In this document: positions 55,969 to 64,000 of the stretch, piece after piece
How positions within the stretch are numbered: position 1 is the stretch's first letter
Layout: each line of letters opens with the position of its first letter
Virus record (IMG/VR): IMGVR_UViG_3300045988_031640
Length of the DNA stretch: 64,000 nt
DNA from: a virus
Reading direction: 5' to 3' (one strand)
Notes under the pieces: generated by a model
What the model saw: only the letters and a program-made list of their open reading frames with translations
Databases searched by the model: none
Told to the model about the DNA's origin: nothing
Position numbers and translations under genes: made by a program

Positions 55969-58900
55969 AATGTTCTAAATTTAGTTGTTATATAATGTAA
56001 TTGCATATCATCAGATGAAGCTTCTCCATTTACAGTGCAATATGTTGATTTACCTCTTAATCTACTACCATACAATTGATTTAATTCAGATGGATCGGCC
56101 ATTCGTGGTATAGCATATCTATAATCATAATATCTATTTGATATATCTTTAAGAGGATTTATATTTCCAGTACTGCATTTTGCCCCATCATTTACACTGT
56201 ATGAAGCATAAAACTATTTAACCATACCTTCATTAGCTCCAAATCTAACATTATCAAATACTTTAACAATATTAGGTTCAGCGTTAACAACGTAAACAAG
56301 TTTAAAATCAATGTTTTTATTAAACATTGTATGATTGTTACCACTAAGAGAATCTATATAACCAGTGTAACTATTTATAATACCATTAACATCTCTACTT
56401 TCGGTCTTATTTGCTATAAATGTATTATACTTACCAATTATACTATCACAGTGTCCACCATAACTATATTTAGATATAAATGCTTGTTGTAATTCATTAA
56501 ATACAAATACACCATCTTTTGATGTAAAGTATACTTCATTATATCTTGGATCAGCTAATACTTTGTACCTACTAATCTAATACTAACCATCTGTTCTATA
56601 TTCTTTAGATACTACTGTGTTTATATTTTTAGTAATTGATATTTGTTTATAGTCACCACCACCATTATACTGACAGAACACTGTATTAAAAGCGTCTATC
56701 CAATAAAGAGATTGTGTTGTAATGGCATATGCAAATACATTATCTTCAAGTCCAGATGTTGTAGACACATAATCATATCTACTTAATAATCCACCAGATC
56801 CTAATAAAACCTCATGATTATTATTATCAGTAACAGCTGTTCTTTCATTAACAGAGAATGCCCCAAATGACTTTTCCTACCAGAACATAAGATTATTTTT
56901 AAATCTCTTTAATCCTGTTATTTTACCATAATTTGGATCAACATCTATATAATTTGCAGCTTTAAAGTTCTACCATGAGTCTTCTAGCTCTCCGTTTTCT
57001 TTCTTTTCAGAATATCTACATCTATATGGATAAGCCTGCTTGTCTTTTGTATCATATGATATTGTAGAATATTTCTAACCTATTGTCTTAGTTAGACTAT
57101 AAGCTGTATTATATGTATACTGAGGAAGTGTCTGTTTAAATACTCCATCTACATTAGCTGGCTCTTCCTATATCCAAGAAACGTTTACATTATTAGTATT
57201 TCTACTAAACTTATAACCATGATCAATATACATATTAATAGAACTTTCTACAGGTATTGAATACTAAACATTCATAGTAGTCAATAATCCAATAGCTCTA
57301 TTTGATACTTTATGGGCTGAAGTGTATTCAAATGGACCAATGTAAGTATCACCATCGAATACATCTATATAATTATCAATATTATTATTAAACTCTTTTA
57401 TATCAGAATAACTATAATATTTACTATTATCTTTAGCTACTTTTGTATAGCCTCCATATGGAGTACAATTTCTTGTAATGTTACATAAAAATGTTCCAAA
57501 CGAACTTGCGTTTAGATAAGTTCCAGTTACTTGATTATTGTTAGAATCTCTGTATGCATATTCGTGTATTGAATTGTTTTTAAAATCTTCATTAGTTTCA
57601 TTATAATAAGGATCAGTTATTTCTTTTGTAGTAAACGTACCGTCTGATACTTTTTCAGACATAGTTAAAATATTATCAGTTCCAATCGTTTCAGTTAATA
57701 TTTTATCATTCTTTGTTAATTCTTTCTTTAATTTACCATCTATTGTAAATAACAAAGACGTACCACCAAGTGCATACATTGCAAGGTTGTTTAAATGTAT
57801 ATCATTCTTTCTAATACCTTTTGGAGTTTCGTTATATGCTCCCCAACATACAACATTACAAAAACCATGCTCTCCAACTAAGTTTAGTTTATCTGAAAAT
57901 TTCTATTCCGTTTTATCATTTTTAACTTCAAATAAATCATTCCATTTTAAAGACTCTGAAACCTATTTACTATTTATGCCATATTGATTTTTAACATCAT
58001 GTTTAACAACTTCATATCCAGCGAGTTTATAGTCTTGTGTTACATAATATGTATTGTATGGGTTTAATGGATCGTTATCGCCAACAAGTATACTATTAGA
58101 CTAATTGTATAGTTTAAAATACTGATATTTTATTCTCTATACCTATTCTATATTAGAATCATCATTACGATATACTTTAGTTTGCAATGCATTGTTTCCA
58201 GGCATCACTACAGAATATACACAATTTCTCATTAACCAATCGTGAGTATTATCAATGATAGCGTAATTTACCCCAAATATATTACTTAACTAATTATATA
58301 TATGTAAGTTATTATATAGAAATGCATTTTTTCTAAACTTATCATTATTATCGAAGTCTAATACAACATTATTCTTCTCAATTGGTTTAAATGGAGAAAA
58401 ACTATAATTATTTGAAGTTCCTTTAAAGCTTATAAATTTTGTTGCATTAAAAGGCCAATACTCGTTTTCTGTACTATCTGGCTAACCGACAATATCAATT
58501 CTCTACTTAACAGAATTAACATCTGAATTAAGAGAAAATAAATATCTTAATATATCTAATTTTACATTACTTTTATCAACAAAATCAACAATTGATTTAT
58601 TAGTGTAAGAAAATTCTGGAGATATAAACTAAAATAGATTCTAATTTGAGAAGTTGTTAATTCTATATCTAACATCTATAGTGTACTAAACAAGAGGGAC
58701 TATTAGGTGTACAGGATCTATGTTTAATCTATTTGTTGTTAAAAATCCACTTGGAGTATAATATTGATCTTTTTGTACAGAGTTGTCAGTGTACATTTTA
58801 ATTACAGGTCTTGATATAACTCCCTAAGATATAATTCTAACATCATTAGATCCTCTATTACATCTTACTATTTCATAAGAGTATATACTATCATTATCTA

Positions 58901-60665
58901 TGTCGTGTATTTTGAATTCTATACCTATTGGCATTACAGATAATTCCCTATATCTAATACCATTTATAAATGTCTAAAATCCATCTATATATATATCTGG
59001 TACAGTTATATCAGCTATCCATTTTACTGAACTTGAAACTCCTTTTTTATCTGTAAATATAATTCCATACCTATAAGTTTCTCCTCTTCGTAAAGATAAT
59101 AACGAACTGGCTACTATTGGATTTTGATAAGTGTCGTTCTTTTCATCTGATGTTCTGAACTTTGAAGCTTTTATTAATACTCCATCTTTTCTTATATAAT
59201 ATTTATAAGTATCACCACCGTTTTTACTTTTATTATTATATTTTATGCTCGACGAACTTGTGCCATGTTTCTCATAATTTAACATTGAGGAATCAGCTGG
59301 TAATATTGTTGTTATAAATCTCCAATCTATATGCTTACCAGACCCACCATAGAACTATTCGCCATTATCATTTGGGAACGTATATAAACTCTAAAGTGTA
59401 GTACTACTACCATAATCTATACCATCTTCATTTTGAGTATAAGGATTCCAACAGTCTTTTTCTTTAGTAAGTTCATCAAATTTTTCCCAATTGTTTTTCT
59501 TCACATCTTCTATAGCATATGTATTCGAGCTTCCTGGTTTTTCATTTACATTTAAAAACTATACGTATTCATTAGAACTTGCTGATATAGATACAGTATT
59601 GATATTATCAAAAGATTTATTAGTATCTCTATACTCTTTTATCTATGCTGCAAATAGATAATCATCTTTAGATTCTATAACTCTTGGTATCATATATAAT
59701 CCAAACTTAGAATTAAAATCATTTGCAGATATTTTATTTATTGAGTTATTTGAAGAATCTAAATAATAAAAATAATTTTTCTCATCAGACTCTTTAACAC
59801 TTTTAAACTTTCCATCAAATATTAAATCTATATCAGGAGTTTCAGAATTCTATTGATAATAAATTCTATATATCTTAATTAAGTCATAATTAGAATCTTT
59901 TGGAATCTATACTTTCAATTTGATTCCCATGTTGGTATAATCACCTTCTTTTGCACCATTAAATTCAGTAAAGTTATCTATAACATTAACGACATTAATT
60001 AATCTTGATAACGGAGACATTGATGTCTGCTACTTATACTTAGAATAAAACTAAAATGCGTATTGATTTTTACCAGCTTTAAGTGATCCGTATGTAAGTT
60101 CTGATATCTTTGGAGGCAATAAAGATTCAGATGAGTTAGTAGATATATCATTAATAGAAGTAGGAGGAGTATCACTCAGAACATCCATTATTAATATCTA
60201 ATGAATTCCATCAGCTATATATAGTTTAATGTTATCAGAACCTTCTTGTCTACCTACAATGCTTAATCTATTTCTGGCAATTTTATTACCATATACATCT
60301 AATTCGTATATACCCCAATCACTACATGGGCCAAATATCATTTTAATATCTTCACCTGATATTGTTTTCTTCTCTAATGGAAATCTATATACACATATTA
60401 CATCATTTATATCTTGTGTAAAGAAAATACCATACTGTCCAACTTGTGTAGTTTCTATAATCTCATCATTTATTTTAGTAGTAAAAATATTTTTAAAGCC
60501 ATCTATAACTTTAAGAGATCCTGCAGCGCTTTCTTTATTGTTTACATATCTAAGATTAAGAGCATCTCTATACTGATCATTACCTAATACATGATCAGCA
60601 GCGTCAGTATTCATTCCTCCAGAAAATGTATTTGTCTATTCATTTTGTATTTTATTAGAATCCAT
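55959..60665 (-). CDS. Large late protein (1568 aa, TAG=Gln), probable tail/stabilisation-type structural protein
   Basis: Start MDSNKIQNEQTNTFSGGMNTDAADHVLGNDQYRDALNLRYV...; stop TAA at 55959; sampled regions contain only cta interruptions. Confidence 0.7.
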
Positions 60666-61530
60666 TGTAATAATCATTATATGTTAACTATTCTTTACCA
60701 GTATATTTAAAGAACGTATCGTCTCCATCCCAATCTGGGATAAGTTTATTCCAGTCGTTCTTTATATTCTACATATCATCAGCAGTTGGCATCATAGCTT
60801 CAGCATAAGCTTGATTTCTATAAAAGTTCCATTGCTACTGTATGTAGTTGTAAATAGTTATATTAGCACTCTTTAATTTACCTCCAAGCTACCCTTTTAA
60901 GAATTTAGGAAAACTAAGTTTCATATTTACATACCAATAAATAGCTTCTTGATATGAAGTTAAATCTGGTATAAGCGGATAGCCTCTTTCATCTGTAGCA
61001 ATTGCTTTATAAGATAGTTTAACAAAGCCATCTTTTCTATTAAATACTATCCAACCTGGCTTTATAAAGTATTCTGGTTTATCTTGATAATCATGTGTAT
61101 AAAGTAAATCAGAAAAACCATTAGTATGAGGTCTATTTATCTAAGCCTATACAGTTGGATACTTATTCTACATCTATGGTAGTTGATTCTATTGCTATTC
61201 TTCTATAGTCATATTAGACTAACTATCATCCAAGACTACAACTTTATGCTAATTGTTATGTACGCTTGGAGATTTAAATATAGATGTTTGTGTACTACAT
61301 GGTACATATACTCCATCTTTTGAGTTAGAATAAGCTACACCATCTAAATGCACTAAGTCTGAAGGTAACGGTATCTAACAATCCTGCACGCAAAATACAG
61401 GAACTCCGTCAACTCCAGACTGTCTACTGATATACTACATAGGTGCACCAATCTTATCTATGGCTTCAAAGATCCACTCTTTAATATCGCTAGTCCTCTA
61501 TCTCGTTTCAGAAGAATCTAAATCAGCCAT
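60655..61530 (-). CDS. Late structural-module protein (291 aa, TAG=Gln)
   Basis: Start MADLDSSETRQRTSDIKEWIFEAID; stop TAA at 60655, overlapping the next start. Confidence 0.75.
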
Positions 61531-61549
61531 TATCTTAGCTATGACTGAT

Positions 61550-61996
61550 TCACATTTTGTATACTTGTATATCATTTATATTTATATAATCTGTTTTATT
61601 AAAAATTAGCTTAGCCAGTCTTCTTTTATTAGCCCTAACTAAGCTTAATTGGTATTTGTATCTATCTGGAAACGTCTGAGGTATTTTAGACCAGTGTAGT
61701 CTAAACTTATACCCGTCAGAATGTTCATTTAAATGGTATATACGTTTACCCAACTCTTTACTAACTTTATAATCTACAGATAGAGATTTATCTGTATAAG
61801 ACTTAGGTTTATATTTACCTACTTGTATATAACCTAGCCCAAAAGGCATTTTAAAGCCATCTGAGCCGTCTAATACATGTTTTAATATAATATTACACAT
61901 AGAGTCTAATATGCGCTTATACGCGACGTATGATATCTCTATGGGCAAATCTTTATACATGTCTACGAATGTTATAGACTTCTTATTCTTCATCAT
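61550..61996 (-). CDS. Late protein, possibly IHF/HU-like
   Basis: MMKNKKSITFVDMYKDLPIEISYVAYKRILDSMCNIILKHVLDGSDGFKMPFGLGYIQVGKYKP; helix-helix-GFG-like arrangement; stop TGA. Confidence 0.6.
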   Translation of the reverse strand: MMKNKKSITFVDMYKDLPIEISYVAYKRILDSMCNIILKHVLDGSDGFKMPFGLGYIQVGKYKPKSYTDKSLSVDYKVSKELGKRIYHLNEHSDGYKFRLHWSKIPQTFPDRYKYQLSLVRANKRRLAKLIFNKTDYININDIQVYKM

Positions 61997-62690
61997 CCTG
62001 TGGACCATGTGGTTTAACACTAGCCAATGTAGAGTTATTGCTATCATCGCTAGGTCTGCCTAACATAAATGGAAGCTCCTTAGTCATTATCATTTCCTTG
62101 ATAGGGGGCAACATCCATGCTGGTAGTTTAATATCATCTTCGCTTGGAGTATTCCAATCATCATCATTCTCATCTTCATAAATAGCTAAGACCCAAATAT
62201 TCCTAAGTTTATTTAAATCTTGATCACCTTGCACGAATATAAACCCATCTTTATAATAGGCTGTAAGTTCATGTCCAGTATATTTGCGAAAATAGTTATA
62301 ATGTCTACGAATATGATTCATATATTGTATATTCTCACCCATCTAATCATGAACTGCTAATATACTATCTTCATCGTTGTTGTATATACCTTCCAGTTTA
62401 CTCTTAGTCTTCTTTGTAAATATAGGATACTTATCTAAAGACTTAACATCCTCTAATTCTAAAGGACCAGTTTCCTTCTTATAAATATCATCTGAAGCCT
62501 ATATAAGATCGTCTATAGTTTCAGACTGAGCTTTAATCTTATCTAATCTCTGTTTAGTAAAGAACTTCTTATATTCTTTTACCCAGTTTCTTATTTGCTC
62601 TCTTGATAAGTCTTCACTCTCACTTATATTGTTATTACGAACTAGAAGTAATATATCATCTACAAACTATCTTAATGTTATGTATGTCAT
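61983..62690 (-). CDS. Late structural-module protein (235 aa, TAG=Gln)
   Basis: Start MTYITLRQFVDDILLLVRNNNISESEDLSREQIRNWVKEYKK; joined through in-frame TAGs to ORF 61983..62342; stop TAA. Confidence 0.75.
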
Positions 62691-62691
62691 A

Positions 62692-63330
62692 TCACTTATC
62701 TATTGCTTCTATTACTCTAACATCTGAAGTCTTTATAATATCATTAGTATTTACTATCTAATACTTATACATATCAACTTTCTTGAAATCAAGAGTAAAT
62801 AGACGTTTAATAAAGCTTTTCTTATTCTTATACTATCTATGTTTGTAAACATACAGAAACTATTGATTCTTAATATCTAAGTTAACACTTACTGTATCTT
62901 TACCTATAGTATAGTTTACTTTTGTTAGAGGGTTTATTTGTATAGTATCTTTATATACTGTATCTCTTTGGATAGTTTTAATTATATCCTACCCCCTTAC
63001 CCCCTTACTTGCTGTAACGTATATAGTCTACGTTTGAGTTGCGGTTGTTTTTATAACCTTAGGTTTAAGTTTTAACTACTCTCTTACACTATCTATCTTT
63101 TGTATAAGACTATCATTAATATTTCGCAGCTAAGACATGTCAAGCTTTAAAACATTATTAGCCTACTAGGAACCGTTTAAGATACCCTAATAGGCTTCAA
63201 TGTTATTCTGAGCCATTTCTAAGCTCTTAGAGAGCCTTTTATTCTGCTTGTATATATTTATACTAAACACAACTAAAAGGCCCACCAAGAGGCTTAAAAG
63301 TGCCTTAAACGCGATCTTTTTGTGGCTCAT
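62692..63330 (-). CDS. Membrane-anchored coiled-coil protein, possible spanin-like component (212 aa, TAG=Gln)
   Basis: MSHKKIAFKALLSLLVGLLVVFSINIYKQNKRLSKSLEMAQNNIEAYQG...; about 10 in-frame TAG codons; stop TGA at 62692. Confidence 0.7.
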
Positions 63331-63352
63331 GAGCCAACTTAATATCATCGCA

Positions 63353-63598
63353 CTATTCATCTGTTGCCAAATTATTATTTGTTAATATTGAGCGTATTTC
63401 GCCGAACTTTGAGTTCATGTATGCAGACACACCGAATATACTTCCAGCATAAACGAATGTTTGCGCAATATACCATAAAATACTATCCTCAATATTGTGC
63501 TTATTGAGGAAGAACGATAAAAATGCCAGCAAAATACCACTTAATACTGAAACGCTGGCCGTAATATACTGTACTACATCTTTATTATGTCTTGTCAT
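63353..63598 (-). CDS. Putative holin
   Basis: MTRHNKDVVQYITASVSVLSGILLAFLSFFL...ILWYIAQTFVYAGSIFGVSAYM: small two-TM protein next to lysis-type genes; start overlaps upstream stop (ATGA). Confidence 0.6.
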   Translation of the reverse strand: MTRHNKDVVQYITASVSVLSGILLAFLSFFLNKHNIEDSILWYIAQTFVYAGSIFGVSAYMNSKFGEIRSILTNNNLATDE

Positions 63599-64000
63599 TT
63601 TATTTCTATCTCCACTTTTCCTTTTTGACAAGCATTTTTTATAATCGGGTATAACTTATTAACGAACTCTTTTGAGTTTATAACTTTTCCTGTAACCTTA
63701 TTCTACCCTAAGAGAATACACCCATCAGTATCTTCATGTGAGTTACCAGCGTGAATCAATACTCCAGCAAATGATTTAACATTTAAAAGCCTTGGAGTGT
63801 ATCTTTTGAATCTTGGGGAATAAGCCCACACAACCTCATATTTACCATATGGGATTGCGGTTCTTCCATGCACCTTAGTTTCTCCGTTATCAAAAATACC
63901 GTTTTTGTTAATATCTCTTACCTTATCTTCTAATGTATCACAAAAGTATACACCATCTACATATAGTTTACCTATTGTGTATGTATCACGTAAAGCAATA
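63595..64000 (-). CDS. DUF5675-like protein (partial, continues past window)
   Basis: IALRDTYTIGKLYVDGVYFCDTLEDKVRD...GRTAIPYGKYEVVWAYSPRFKRYTPRLLNV...GVLIHAGNSHEDTDGCILLGQNKV, where Q is TAG. Confidence 0.75.

Noticed and set aside
61550-62047. Annotated start at 62047 (MIAITLHWLVLNHMVHRMMKNKK)
   Set aside because: It overlaps extensively with the 235-aa upstream gene; the MMKNKK start near 61996 gives the usual short overlap.
1-64000. CRISPR array, retron reverse transcriptase, restriction-modification or other classical defence loci
   Set aside because: No regularly spaced direct repeats, no RT motif and no methyltransferase or other defence-type motifs were recognised in the supplied ORFs.

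Overview
This window reads as about two thirds of a Crassvirales (crAss-like) phage genome. Positions 1-29155 carry a plus-strand early/replication module: many small ORFs, a sigma-70 family factor, family B DNA polymerase, DnaB-like helicase, RecA/Sak4-like ATPase, SSB-like protein, TOPRIM primase, PD-(D/E)XK nucleases, a truncated AAA ATPase and an HNH/NUMOD endonuclease. Positions 29174-64000 carry a minus-strand late module that looks fragmented under the standard code but becomes a tight series of long genes when TAG is read as sense (Gln). I checked the frame by eye. One uninterrupted TAG=Gln ORF runs 34841-51832 (5,663 codons) and contains the RNA polymerase motif GSDFDVDK and a HExxH motif. 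A second runs 29174-34831 (1,885 codons). At least seven plus-strand genes still end in TAG, while all eleven late genes examined end in TAA or TGA. The most unusual candidate is at 8.24-8.55 kb. It looks like a circularly permuted (two-piece) tmRNA gene, with the acceptor half upstream of the coding half, complementary acceptor-stem strands, a P2-like pairing and a possible short tag ORF. Other points of interest are a recurrent CATTATCAAA-ATG leader, several tRNA-like elements with intact T-arms but non-canonical bodies, a 2.2 kb ORF-poor structured region, and a disrupted AAA/HNH/nuclease junction. All calls are by eye; no searches or folding programs were run.
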